A stretch of 64,000 bases of DNA from Eledone cirrhosa (Eukaryota), in contig OZ024742.1 of assembly GCA_964016885.1 (NCBI GenBank), positions 129,704,001 to 129,768,000 of the forward strand, written 5' to 3'. A program made the position numbers and the translations under genes. Positions within the stretch are counted from its first letter, which is position 1. Each line of letters begins with the position of its first letter. The notes below the pieces were generated by a model. It worked only from the letters and a program-made list of their open reading frames with translations, ran no database searches and was not told the DNA's origin. Shown here one piece after another: positions 1 through 13,530 of the stretch.

Positions 1-459
1 TTATCGAACCGCCTAAAAAATTTCCTGTATATTTTAAAGTGTTTATATTTATCTAAAAAGCTTCTATCATAATTCTATGTTCCAAATTCCAGATAAATAT
101 TGAGAAAGTTAGTTATATTACTAAATCCCTCCCTCCAAATTCTTAATTATCTTGAAAATGATTTGAAAATAATATGCTATGTTTTTCATTAGAAATATGA
201 TATTGAAAGAGTTAAATGCACTAAGGGCATTTAAGTTCAGTGTTCCACTATTTCTGCTAATATATCAACTGTAAGCAATATTACGGAGATTAATGCAATA
301 GTAAAGTGTAATGCAGTATTTCATATTTCCTGTATTCTCCATAACAATTCAATGAAGTCATAATATGCAGGATATGCATACTTGAATACTTAACTTGATT
401 CAGTGTGACTATATAGAGAAAGAATTTTTACTGAAGTTACATATACACCCACAGCCATG

Positions 460-614
460 AGAGAGGGGGGGGGGGGCAGAAAGAAGAGAGAGGAGAAAGA
501 GGAAAGAGAGAGAGGACAGAGGGAGAGAGGAGAAAGAGGAAAGAGAGAGGGGGGAGAGAGAGAGAGAGGAAGAGAGAGGGGACAGAGGGAGAGAGAGAGA
601 AGAGAGAGAAAGAG

Positions 615-652
<38 letters not shown>

Positions 653-738
653 GAAGAGAGAAGAAGAGAGAGAGAGAAAGAGAGAAGAAGAGAGAGAGAG
701 AGAGAAAGAGAGGAGGAGAGAGGGAGAGAGAGAAGGGA
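460..738. repeat. (GA)n-rich purine microsatellite
   Basis: Imperfect GA/GGA/GAA repeats; accounts for the low-complexity ORFs 409..750 and 457..762. Confidence 0.95.
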
Positions 739-1184
739 GTTAGGTTTCATACAAACAAATAGAGATGAAGATGATGTACATTAAGAACTTTGGAATATCC
801 CAACCTTTGCTAGCAGGGAAAACAACATTAAATGCTGCTACTACTGATGGTGATGATTCCTAAATTATCTACCATTGTCCAAGTCCATTTGAAAGCTGAC
901 CAACGAATCCACTGCTTACACAATATATAGTATTGTGGAGATATTGATTAACATTCGAAATTCTGAAGCACTAAAGCTAAAAAGTGATAAAGATCGTTAG
1001 CCACATAAACATATCATGCTTTATTCTGAGCAATCCGATTTAGATCTTGCTACAATGAAGAAAGAAAAGAGTTGGTTCTTATCAAGAAATTCTGCAACTA
1101 CTTTTGTTGATATTGACAAATGGTAATCACAAAACAATATAATATGTAAATTTTACCATTTTCCCTCCCTCTACTCCTATAATA

Positions 1185-1378
1185 ATAATTGTTTCTACTT
1201 TTTGGCACAAGGCCAGCAATTATCCCAGTGTATTACTGGTACTTTATTTTATCGACCCCGTAAGGATGAAAGGCAAAGTTAACCTCGGTGGGATTTTAAC
1301 ACAGAATGGCAAGAGCCGTAACTCTATGCGTCAAAGCATGGCGTCCGACCTTCTACCGACACTGCCAATCCACCGCCA
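1185..1378 (-). mobile_element. tRNA-derived SINE (family A), near full-length; further partial copies continue to about 2480
   Basis: On the - strand: TGGATTGGCAGTGTCGGTAG head, a B-box-like segment (GAGTTCAAATCCC in better copies), central GCCTTTCATCCTTACGGGGTCGATAAAAT, and an (ATT)n tail. More than 20 copies in the window. Confidence 0.85.
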
Positions 1379-3379
1379 TATAATAATAATAATGGTTTCT
1401 TATATAGGCACAAGGCCAGTAATTTTCGGGGAGGGGAATGTCGATTAAATCGACCCCAGTGCGTGACTGGTACTTTATTTTATCGACCCTGTAATTTAAC
1501 CTTGATGAAACTTGAACTCAGACCGTAACTTTATGCTGCAAAGCATGGTGTCCGACTCTCTACCGATACTGCCAATCCACCAATAATAATAATGGTTTCT
1601 GATTTAGGCACGAGGCCAGCAATTTCTTGGAGAAAGGAGGAAGTTGATTAAATCAACCCCAGTGAATTACTGGTACTTTATAATAATAGTTTCTGATTTA
1701 GGCACATGTCAGCAGGAGGAAGGAGAAAGTTGATTAGATCGATGCCAATGTGTTACTGGTACTTTATTTTATTGACCTTGGAAAGGTGAAAGGCAAAACT
1801 GACCCAGCAGGATTACTTTGCCTTTCAACTTTCCGAGGTTGATAAAACAAAGTAGCAATCAAGTATTAGGATCAATATAATCGACTTTCTTCTTCCCCCA
1901 AATTGCTGGCCTTTTGCCAAAGTGAAAGACCAATAATTATTTCTGGCCAACAATTTGAAGGGAAGGGGAAAGTTGATTAAATTGACCCCACTGCATTTAC
2001 TGGTCCTTTATTTTATTGAACTCATAAGGATAGAAGGCAAAGCTAACCTCAACAAGATTTGAATTCAGAATGTGAAGGGCAGAAACTATATGCCGCAAAT
2101 CATGGTGTCTGACGCCCTTCCAATACGTCAATTCACCACCTTCCACCGATCTAATAATGAATTTTTAATTTAGGCACAAGGACTATAATTGATGGGGAGG
2201 GGTAAGTCAATTATATCAACACCAATAGTTTACTGGCATGTTATTTTATCGGCCCCAGGAGGATGAAAGCTATAACTAATAACTAAATGCTGCAAAGTTG
2301 ATTTCTGTAAGTTGATTTGAATTAAAAATGCAAAGAGACATAAATACCACAAGACACTTTGTCCCACACACTAATCAAGATTTCTAATTTAAGCACAGGG
2401 CCAGCAATTTGGATGGAAGGGAATATCGATTAAATCAACTTCCAATACTTTATTTCATCAATTAAACTGGTATTTATTTGAAATGTCAACAACAAGCATT
2501 TTATGGGCTATTCCTTGCTAAAGCATGGGTTAGCTTTGCAGACCCCATCACATGCTTTATTACTCATCACAGGGTCCTTTTTGAGGCAATGTTTTCATGG
2601 CTGGATGATGTCAACCTTTTTAGTCACCTCTTATGACAAGCAGAGATGCAGTGTACATATTCTAAACCGAATACACAGTTGTTTGAAACTTCCAATATAA
2701 AGGTTTTAATATAAATATGAACACTAAATTGATTTTTTTTCATCATAGACTTAGAGATGGTCTCAGATGAGTTGGCATCAAAAAGGTTAACATAAAAATT
2801 GACAGACAGCTTCGTATTAAGTATCGAATTTGTAATGAGCGAGAGAGAGAGCATGAGCATGCGTGCATAAATGTAGCAAAATGGTAAAGGAAAAAATGAA
2901 TACAAAAGAAGAGAAGTGAAGGAAAAAGGTTACGTTGGGAGGTTAGTAGGAAATTTAGAAATCTGAATCACAAAAGAGATGAAAACCACTACCATTTCCT
3001 GACCAGCCAGAAGCTGTTTCTGAAATTTACAATTGTAAGATCCCATGAAATTTTCTTTGTGCAAATTGATCAAGTAGTAATGACACGCAGACCATAATAG
3101 AAGTGTGTGTGTGGGGGGTGGGGGGCAAATATGTAAGATTATTGATTTTGTTGTATCAAATGATAGCAGAGTTAAAGTAAAAGAAACAGAAATTAAGTAT
3201 CTGGACTTAGCAAGAGAGCTAAGAAAACTGGAAGACACGAGAATGGAGGTTATATCCCTGTTATAATAGAAAAACCAGGAATAAATCCAAAATAGCTAAG
3301 TTTATTCACTAGCTTCCCTGATGCACATATATGCATCAATGACCTAGGAGATAAGAATATTATTACTCTTCTTATTTGC

Positions 3380-3720
3380 CCACTTATTCCTGGGAGGGTC
3401 GTGAGAGCTGAGTCCTCAAACACTCCTTCCAGCAGGCAACTGTCTCCATTTGATCCACTGAAGTAGGTAGAGAGGTTCAAGTATCTTGAGGCCGTGTTCA
3501 CGAGTGATGGAAGCAGGATGCTGAATCAAGTACAAGAATTGCAGGAGTTGATACAGTAATATGCCAGCTTCCACATCCAGTAATCAGAAGAAAGCGGGTA
3601 GGTGTAAAAGCCAAACTCACTATCTTCAATTCAAGTATTCATGCCAACCCTTACCTATGGTCATGTTTCTTAGGTAATGACTGGAAGAATACAATCACAA
3701 ATATCAGCAGCCAAAATGGG
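3380..3720. mobile_element. RTE-type LINE fragments (RT C-terminal part)
   Basis: The + strand reads VERFKYLEAVFTSDG..., followed by LTYGH-like remnants; degenerate. Confidence 0.6.
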
Positions 3721-3862
3721 TAAAGTTACTCAAATTATTACTCTTAGTTTTGAAATAAAAGTTCCAAAGTTTGAATCCAATATAAAACTATTTACACATC
3801 CAGGAATAACAGATCTGATGATAATGATAGATTAATTAAACTCAATATGCAGAAAAAAATAT

Positions 3863-4260
3863 TTATTGCTCTTTGTCAGCGTATTTAAGTTGTGGGTCCT
3901 GCTTGACAGTGCTCTTTAGTGTCCTGCTCCATGTGTTTCTGTCCGCCGGTCTCACTTGGGTCAGGCCAAGCCTAGCTTGATCCCGATGGACATCCTCCAT
4001 CCAAGTTCTCACTGCGCTCAACATGGCCATACCAGCGCATGCACCTCGCGTGAAGCACATTCTCAAGTTCATTGATCAGCAGTCTTTTCAGGAGCTCAGT
4101 TGAGCTAACATAATCCTCAGTGGTCACACTGTACATCAAGCGAGCTCTCATTTCTTCTGAGTCAATTCAAACAGTCGGATGACATGGCCCAGAACTCGCT
4201 GGTGTGGAGCAACATGCTTCTCACAGGCATTGTAAATCCGCCCCTTGGTGACTAATGGCA
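3863..4260 (-). mobile_element. RTE-type LINE 3' fragment
   Basis: Minus-strand translation has ...RTWMEDVHRD..LGL....ADRNTWSR, typical of an RTE ORF C-terminus. Confidence 0.55.
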
Positions 4261-4309
4261 GCTAGTGTGAGTGTATATATATATATATATATATAAATAT
4301 ATACATATA

Positions 4310-5587
4310 CCGTATATACTCGCACTTTTTTAACGATAAATAAGTATACATTTTTGGGGTGCGACCTATCTGATCGACATCAGACTGACCAATGATTTTT
4401 CATAGACTTAATCAACGATGGATATTTATAAAAATAACTTTAATATTTTTTATTATTTAACATAATAGTTTCATATATCTACCATCTTTTACATATATTT
4501 CTTGATTTTAAATTTTTTACTAAAACTTTGTAGTGTTTACGAACCATCTGTCATTAAAATCCATAGAAATGCATACCCGGTATTTAAAATGTGATTTCAT
4601 TGTCTTAGCGTTTGCTATGAACACGTATTGTGATGTATTTACTTTAACAGGAAACAGATTATTGCACGTGGAGTTTCTTTTCAAAATTAGCAAGTGAGAA
4701 AAGTTGATAGTTGAAATCTAGCAGTTTTCCGAACAGGTGAATTAATTAAAAATGCAGATATAATCAGTACAAGGTTTTAGTCTTTCTCTACATTCCAGGC
4801 AAATATTTTCATTGAAAAAAATGTATAAAACCTTTTCACCAGTCAAAATAATATTTGCAATGTACTCTTACACAATGTATGGTGTAAATTTACGTAACAG
4901 AGTGTTTCCAATATATAAGTTCATTAACAGGTGTGAACATGTATTGGTGTTGTATCTTTCAACCACTTTGCTGTAATATTTTCAATGGTGTCCGTCAGAT
5001 CTTCGCTTTCACTTTCAAAGAAACTATCATCGTCAGAAATAAATATGTCTGATTCATTTGAAGATAAATCACTAATATTATCTTGTGTTTCTTTTTCATT
5101 TCGAATGTCGTCGCATGGAAAACCTTCAAAGTCGGTATTCGCTACTTTGGGAAGCCATGTTGATACGCTAAAAATCTGTTATACTTTCAACGTTAAAAAA
5201 CACGTGTTATTTCAAGTTGTTTCACTATATTAAGAGTTAATTTTCGCGCTTAAAGGCTTTCATCATCAGGTTTAGCGTCCGTGTTCCACGCTTGCATGGG
5301 TTTGGACGGGGGTTTTCCCACTTGAGGCAAGTAATCTCGAATTGACGAAATTTCGATGACGTTAATGTTTATTTTATAAATAAAACATGGTTTGGAGTAT
5401 ATATCGCAATGGTGAAGTAATGGAAAGCTAACAGATTACTAGTTTCAATTATCATAAAAAATAATAGTTTGATGGCCCAAATTTCAGTGCAACCTATCTG
5501 CGAGTCAATGGCAAATAGCCTATTTGTTAAATGAAAAGTGGGTATGCGACCTATCTGCCGGGACGACCTATACACGAGTATATACGG
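4310..5587. mobile_element. Non-autonomous Tc1/mariner/pogo-type DNA transposon
   Basis: Perfect terminal inverted repeat CCGTATATACTCG (4310) / CGAGTATATACGG (5587), flanked by TA on both sides; subterminal GCGACCTATCTG motifs near both ends. Confidence 0.75.
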
Positions 5588-5641
5588 TACATATATATAT
5601 ATACATATACATATATACACTCAGGCATACATAAACATGCC

Positions 5642-5688
<47 letters not shown>

Positions 5689-5962
5689 TCAGGCATACAT
5701 ATACATACCTATATATATATACATATAACCAAAGATTAATATGGTTTGTTGATTACTCAACGAATACAATATTATAATAGATTAGAAGCACTCATTGGAA
5801 TTGAATAATCAAAACCGTAGCTGTATGTCACATATCAAATCTTATATTTTGTCTGATGAAAATGTACTTAAACACCATTGTACCTTTGAAATATGCATAA
5901 TAAAATATATATTTTGATTATGAGAATATTTTTCATTTATTAACATTTTGAATAATATATAT

Positions 5963-6000
<38 letters not shown>

Positions 6001-6004
6001 CATT

Positions 6005-6338
6005 CATCATCATCATCATTAAAATTTTATGTCCGCTTTTTCCTGCTTGCAAGGGTGGGACGGGAACTGATTCTGGCTTGATTTCTACAGCTGGATGCCC
6101 TTCCTAACACCAACCTCATTTACAGTGGGTGCTTTTTTGGCGTGGCGCCTACACGTCCACTTTGCAGTGGAATAATAGGGAACCCAGTCCCTATCATCTC
6201 ATTTCTACAGCTGAGTAAACTGGAGCAATGTGAAATAAAGTGTCTTGCTCAAGGAAACAACACATCACTCGGTCTGAGAATTGAACTCACAACCTTTCGA
6301 TTGCAAGGCCAATGCTCTAGCCACTAAGCCATGTGCCT

Positions 6339-6340
<2 letters not shown>
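6005..6340 (-). mobile_element. SINE family B (tRNA-like head, (ATG)n tail)
   Basis: Highly similar copies at about 16560-16895 and 59503-59835; - strand head GGAGGCACATGGCTTAGTGG...GAGTTCAATTCTC. Confidence 0.75.
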
Positions 6341-6393
<53 letters not shown>

Positions 6394-7929
6394 TATATAC
6401 ACACACACACACCTCCTTTCTTGCTAAATAGTCCCGACATCTAGCTTCTTTTCTAGCAACTTGGTATTGTCCCCTGCTACACCCACCTTTCAGACTTTCT
6501 AAGCCTACCTCTTAGCTTTCATGGTCCTTTCTTCAACACTATTACACTACCAAATCTTCACCCTTCTGACTGGTACTTTGCATGAGCCACAAGTCTCATT
6601 TGTAGCCCTCAGTAGGTTGTACCATAGGAGTTTCTAGTTGTCCTCTATGTTATACATAAAATGTCAATTTATCCTCCTCCTTACTTGGGTTTCATCTGTC
6701 CCTAAATCTACAGTTATTCATTGGCTCTTTAAGCTTACATATCCTCCTTCTCCTGACTATTATAGGTTTGTGTATGTGTCTAGCACTTACACAGAAGTCC
6801 TTAATCATCAATCGATGCTGGGAGGTGCATTCTTCACAAAGCATTTCCAACCATGTGCTTAGCATATTTCCTGGTAAGAATAAAGTCTGTTGCTGATGGT
6901 TCTCATTTAATAACAATAATAATTGTTTCTACTTTAGGCACAAAGCCAACAATTTTTGGGGAAGGGGAAAGGTGATTAAATTTACCCCAGTGTGTTACTG
7001 GTACTTTATTTTATCAACCCCTAATAATAATTGTTTCTACTTTTGGCACAAGGCCAGCAATTACCCAGTGCATTACTGCTACTTTATTTTATCGACCCTG
7101 TAAGGAAGAAAGGCAAAGTTAACCTCGGCGGGATAATGATAATATCTTTATTTGCTGCTGGGGTCGAAAACATTAAAGTCAATACAAATAAACAAGGATA
7201 GTGAAGATTTATATAAAATGACTAAACAGAAAAAAGAACATGTAACAAAAATAATAAATAATAAATAACAGAATTCCCCAATAGCAGGGAGCACTACCCA
7301 GATCTGATCACCAAGGGTGCCATGGGCAAGTCCCCTCTCTCCTCCGTTCTTCCCAGCTTACATGCACATACTTAAAGTAGGCCCAATCAGTGGGGCTATT
7401 ATTTCTACATTCACCCACCTTTTAGCAAAAATACTGATGAGGCAACACTTTCCTCTCTATTCTCACCTTCCTTTCCAAGTAGAATGTAGGAAAGTTAAGG
7501 AGGGCTTGGCTGAATGATTCCATTAGTTTGCTACAGACACAGGCACAAGCTCTTAAATTTAAGGAGAGGAGTATAGCAGACTATCAATTTATAACAAACT
7601 ATCAATTTATACTCTGCCATTAAATCATGTAATACTTGTTAGTGCTGTTACACATTAATCATTTATATACAGCAATAGTGAATTTGTATAGATTATCAAG
7701 ATTGACTCATGTAAATCAGTACTTTGTATATCAGTGTGGATTATTAATTTTTTTAAGAAAAAAAAAAAAGAAAATGGAAAATATAAAATCATAGTCACAA
7801 CAAAGCAGGTAATTATAATAATAATTGATGTCTGCATTGAGACAACTATATTTTAAAAATTTCAAATTTCCATTCATTCATCTATTATAGTTATCTATAT
7901 TATGGTGACTATATTTTCTTCTACTTTGT

Positions 7930-8490
7930 CCACTTATTCCTGGGAGAGTTGTGGGGGAAGAGTCCTCAGATATGTCTTCCAGAGGGTCCTATCAGAAGCA
8001 ACTATCTCTAATTGATCCAGCTGGATCCCCAAGCAAGACCAACCAAGCTTATGGATGTTATCCAACCATCTTACTTGTGGTCTACCTTTGAGTCTCCTGC
8101 TGGTTGACTTTGCCTGTAAAATCTGTCCAGCAAGTCTTTCCTTGGGCATTCTAACCACATATCCAAAGTATTGAAGTTGTGATTTCTCAATTCAGAGAAG
8201 TAGTGCCCCTACCTGAAGTGTTCTCTGATTTCCGAGTTACACACTATCAAATAACGTTACTCCAAAGACCCTTCAGAGGAACCCCATTTTGTCTGCTTGT
8301 ATTCGCACCAACCTGCACTGGATAAGCTTGTCTCTGGCAGGAATGAAAATCAGTGCCACAAAGACTGAGGCAGTTGTCCTCTCAAGGAAGCCTGCATGTG
8401 AGTGGAATTCCACTGAAGCAGGTGAAGAAGTTCAAATATCTTGGAAACACTTCCATGAGTGATGAAAGGCATGAGGATGAATTAAATACT
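7930..8490. mobile_element. RTE-type LINE fragments (two orientations)
   Basis: Minus ORF 7934..8158 (GHVVRMPKERLAGQIL...GRPQVRWLD); the + strand piece reads GMKISATKTEAVV...FKYLG. Confidence 0.75.
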
Positions 8491-8996
8491 AAATTTCTGA
8501 TTTAATTAATCAATGAAGAATTTGTAGGGATTTACTGAAATTATTTCAATTATTAAGATGGTATTTGTAATGTAACAAAAAGGTATTTATATAAAATTAT
8601 GATTTAAATAGGAACCGTTTAAATGGATGGTTTTGTTCCATAGAACCAGAAGTATTTTGGGTGGACTAGTATCAAAAAGGTTAAGTGAAAAACTGCTCAA
8701 TACTAGAATAACATTATTTATTCAAAGCTGAATCTGTGTAAGTTGCTACTCAGAGTTTTTTGTCCCCAGCCCCCTCATGACTTAGAACACGGAATGTGAA
8801 ACTACTCATGTTCAGAGGAAAAAATACTAGATGACAATTAAAAACAGGGAGGGATAGAGGAAACTTGGGATTGTAATAGGAGGAATGTGTCCTGGGTGTC
8901 TGAGAATTAGGATAGAGAGGCAAAATATGGCAAACACTATAACTTGCAGAACTAAGTTACATCACTCTGGAGTTGGATTGATTATAATATTAATAA

Positions 8997-9290
8997 TTGT
9001 TTCTACTTTTGGCACAAGGCCAGCAATTATCCCAGTGTATTACTGGTACTTTATATTTTATCGACCCCGTAAGGATGAAAGGCAAAGTTAACCTCAGCGG
9101 GATTTGAACTCAGACCATAAAGGGCCGTAACTCTTTGCTGCAAAGCATGGCGTCTGACCCTCTACCGATACTGCCAATCCACTGGTTTCTAATTTCAGCA
9201 GGATTTGAATTCAGACTGCAAAGGGCCATAACTCTTTGCTCCAAAGCATGGCATCCGACCCTCTACCAATCCTGCCAATCCACTGCCCTA
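8997..9290 (-). mobile_element. SINE family A with duplicated head
   Basis: Same sequence as 1185-1378, with a second partial head segment. Confidence 0.8.
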
Positions 9291-10229
9291 CCATCATTAA
9301 TAATAATAATAATATTTTATACTCTTTTTTTTTTACTGTTTAATCAGGGAGAGATGGGCAGTACCCCTGACCCTTATCAGGGCCTTCATGATGGGTAGGA
9401 GGTGTGTAGGTAGGTACCTTCAAAACAAAGACCTAGCCAAAACACTTGCAACAATGTGGATTCCATTAAAGGCACCCAAGGGCCAGGTGGTGATATTAAA
9501 CCAGGCAACGAATTAAGTCAGCTAGCTCTGTCTTTATTTGTAAAATAATTTTAACAATAAAATGAATTTAAATATTGAATTCTTTTTAATGTAAAATAAA
9601 AATAAAATATCCACCCGGAAATTTTATTTCAAACAAAAGGAAAAAAATTTCTTTGAATAGTTTATTAAACAGTTAATTATGTCTAGTAGAAGTATAGACA
9701 ACAGTTTGTGTCAAAACAACACAGAGTTTAAATAAGCAAAAACGCATGTGAAAGAAGATAATACATGAAGCAAAAAGATTTTTAAAATATCATTCTACAA
9801 AATAATATATTCACAAAATTATTCTCTGAGAAGTAGTTTTTACAAAAAGTCATTAGAATGCAGTAAATGAATGTAAAGTATGTTGTAAATGGATGCCCTG
9901 CTGCTAATGATCGAATAATTAATTATCTGCGATCTGTAGCACTTAACTTATGAAACTAGTAAAGATAGAAATTTTTAAAGTTCTCTAACTGTTTGTTTAA
10001 ATTAAATTTTCAGATGGAAATTCTATTTTTATTTTATATCAAAAATTATTATATATTTAAAATTTTATCTTATGAAATATTTTTATAAAATTGTGTTTAA
10101 CCAAAGATATAGTAAACATGACATTTGACAACTGAATAGAGACAATGTAGGGTTTTAACCCTTTAGCATTCACATTACTCTATATATACTATTATATTTT
10201 CATGGGAAATGCTTTACCTCACATAAAAC

Positions 10230-11090
10230 AGAACCCTCTGTGTTCAGAGAACGTGAGGCCGCCTGTGAGACGTGAGACCGGCTGGGACTTAGCCCAGTAG
10301 ACGTCCCTCCTCCTTCTCTCCCTGTTGACGTCAAGTCCCCCCAATGTACTTGGGATGCCATCCAGTGCAGCCTGGCCTCAGACAGGCTCACGCGCCAGCT
10401 TGACCAGCACCGCCTTGCTTGTTTTCGTGCGGCCTCCAAACCCCACAGTGGTGCCTGGCTCCATGCCCAGACAACCATAGCCTGCGAATCGGCGTTTCCC
10501 TGAGGCTCGGCCTCCGGATCTGGCAGCCACACCAATGTCGCTGCGGTTCCACCGTGGACTCTTTCGGCCTCCACCCGCTTTCCTGTCGCCACAGTGCCGG
10601 CCGCATTCCACGCCATGCTGCCCTCAACGAGGTCATTAAGCATGGCTTGGACGTGCAGGCTTCCCTTCTCAGCTCGAGCCGGTGGGGCTGGATCGAGGGG
10701 ATGGCAAAAGGCCCGATGGCATGACCATCTTCCCGTTCCGCGGTGGCAAACCCCTTGTCTGGGATGCCACTTGCGCCGATACTTTCTGCAGCCGCAACCT
10801 GGTGCAGTCTGCGACTGACCCAGGTTCTGCTGCACGTCGGGCTGAGGGGGCCAAACTCCTCAAATACCGGTCGCTCTCCAACAGGTTTGCAGTCGTACCC
10901 CTGGCAGTGGAGACTTCTGGTGTCCTTGACCCCAGGGCTACCTCCTTACTCACCACCATAGGCGCTGAGCTGGCTAGCCGCAGGTGTGAGCCCCGCAAGT
11001 TGGAGTGGCTTTTCCAGCGCGTCTCCCTTGCCGTCCTCCGGGGAAACGCCTTCTCCATTCTGTCCGCCGGGGCTGTGGGTGGGCCCCATC
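10230..11090 (+). mobile_element. 5'-truncated CRE-clade non-LTR retrotransposon (zinc knuckle plus restriction-like endonuclease)
   Basis: GC-rich island translating to [33 protein letters not shown], then (frameshift) [45 protein letters not shown]. These are CCHC and PD-(D/E)xK RLE motifs. Confidence 0.85.
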
Positions 11091-12427
11091 GCATACCAAT
11101 ACATTAGTTAAATACCATTCTTTCATCTGATGTAACACCAATATATATTTTTACTTAATGACTAAAGTGACTTGAGTTCATTAGACTAATATTCTATTTA
11201 GGAAATTATCTCACATAATATCGAATCTATGAGATTTTGAAAGTATTTATTTTGAGAATACCTTAACATCAGTTTGATTGACCAGTTACAGCCAGTTTCA
11301 ACAGAAAAAGGTAGAGAATTCTGGCCGGTTTGAAGATTAAAGTGTTAAGAGAACTCTTTAATCTGGCCTAGCATGTGATAACCTTTCTAATGCTGGTGCC
11401 ATGGTAAAATGTACCTCATACACCTTGTAGTGTTAGTGTCATGATAAAGTGTACCTCATATACCCTGTAAAGTGTTAGTGTCATGATAAAATAAACCCAA
11501 TCCACTATGTATGTCATGACAAAGCACACAGAGTAAGGTGGTTGGCATCCTGCTATAGAAACCATGCCAAATATAGAATGTAACTAAGAAGATGAGTTGC
11601 TCCAACCTACTAGGTCTCAAATTATGAGAATCCATCCAACTCATGCTAGTGTGGAAAACGGACATATGATATGATGAAGATGAAGATGATGATGATTAAA
11701 AAATCAGATGAGAAATTGTTTGATGGAAATTTCTTGTATGAAAAGTTGTGCCACACCAGTCAACAGTCAACCCCTTCATTCTCTAGTGAAAATTGTCTTT
11801 TAAAGTTTTATATATATGTATGTGTATATATATATATACATACAGCTCTGTAGGTTTATTCCTATAACTGGCTTTTTAAATGAAGATAATGATGGTGGTA
11901 GTGGTGTAGGTGGTGGTGGCAGATTAATGGTTTTAATGGAGCTTACAATGATGACAATGGTGATGCTGATGGAGTATAATGATTATGATGTTAGAAACAG
12001 TGGCAATCACAATGGATGATGACGACAATGATGATGATGAATGAATGAATGACTGGCATTTAAACCTGTTTCCAATAAAAGCTTTTTAAAAAAATGACAA
12101 AAACAAGTTCACTATTCTACAGAACATAACAAACAGTTGTTTTGGCTAAGAAATATAAATGGTAGTGCTAGGAAACTATAGACAATTGTTTTTGTTTGTT
12201 TGTTTTTTTTGCTTTGTTGTTGTTAATGTTAAAATATAAATCAATAGTCATATATAAAAGTAGTATACCTGCTTCAGACAGAATAAAGAACCAATTCTAG
12301 TTTTCTAAAGACTAAAAGGCACATATTAGTAGTTTAGCATCTTGGTATAGATACAATTTTAAAATGTTTTTCTTTAAACTTACAAAAACTAATGATGATA
12401 ATGATGATGATTTCTTACATTGAAATA

Positions 12428-12885
12428 ATTGTTTCTACTTTTGGCACAAGGCCAGCAATTACCCATGCCTGACTGGTACTTTATTTTATCAATCCCGTAA
12501 GGATGAAAGGCAAAGTTAACTTCGGCGGGATTTGAACTCAGAATGGCAAGGACCGTAACTCAATGCGTCAAAGCATGGCGTCCGACAGACCGGCTATCTT
12601 GAGTGGAAGGAAAAGTTGATTATATCAACCCCAGTACTTGACTGGTGCTTTATTTAATAAAAATATAAAATGCTCAGTTAATAATAATAATGGTTTCAGA
12701 CTTGGACATAAGGACATGTTGGGGGAAGTTGATTAAATCGACCCCAATGAGTGACTGGTACTTTATTTTATCGACCCCATAAGCATGAAAGGCAAAGCTA
12801 ACATCGGCGAGATTTGAACTCGGAACGTAAAGGGCTGTATCGCTATGTCGCAAAGCAAAGTGTCCGACACTCTACCAATACTGAT
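12428..12885 (-). mobile_element. Cluster of SINE family A copies
   Basis: Two near full-length copies and one partial copy of the same SINE. Confidence 0.75.
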
Positions 12886-13530
12886 AATAGCTAAAACCCC
12901 AGGACTTACAAATATATACAGCATACAGAAAATAGTAGTACTGGGCACTGCATTCATATTACGAAGAGTACTCTCAATACAACAGAAACATCAAAAAGAA
13001 TACTGCACATATCGAAGGCACATAGAGCTGTGTTTGGTAATGCAGTGACAACACAGTAAAAATAAGACTAGTAATGATGATGATGGCTTATTATTATGGA
13101 GAAATTATCCGAATATGAAGATCTGAAAATAGAGATAACCTGAATGTTGGGATTGAAAACAGAAACCATCCCTATAAGAATAGGTGCATGGGGAATGATC
13201 AAAAAGCATGCGGAGTATTACATAACTAAAACTCTGGGACTTACATATATACACAACATAGAAAATAGCACTACTAGGTACTGTACATATATATGTGCAG
13301 AATACTTTGAAAACAAAAGAGACATAAAGACATAACACTACACATATCCAAAACACACAGATCTGTACTCAGTAATGTAGTGACAGCATGCAATAAAAAA
13401 TAAGACTACTGAATGATAATAATAAAAGTAAAAACAGCACTAATAATAATCAGAGCTAAAAAAAAATGCACACAAACATAATAGAAGTCATATCAGGGCT
13501 CACAAAATTACATAATATTTAAAAAACTGA
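12886..13530 (+). mobile_element. R4/Dong-like RLE non-LTR retrotransposon 3' end fragments (2-3 copies)
   Basis: IQKIVVLGTAFILRRVL and KYEDLKIEI..MLGLKTETIPIRIGAWG are typical C-termini of RLE LINEs, each followed by a similar 3' UTR. Confidence 0.65.

Noticed and set aside
409-762. Ser/Leu-rich and Arg/Glu-rich ORFs
   Set aside because: Translations of a GA microsatellite.
10200-11107. GC-rich island as a host gene or horizontal transfer
   Set aside because: Explained by a CRE-type retrotransposon 3' end, with a second copy at about 62.9-63.2 kb.
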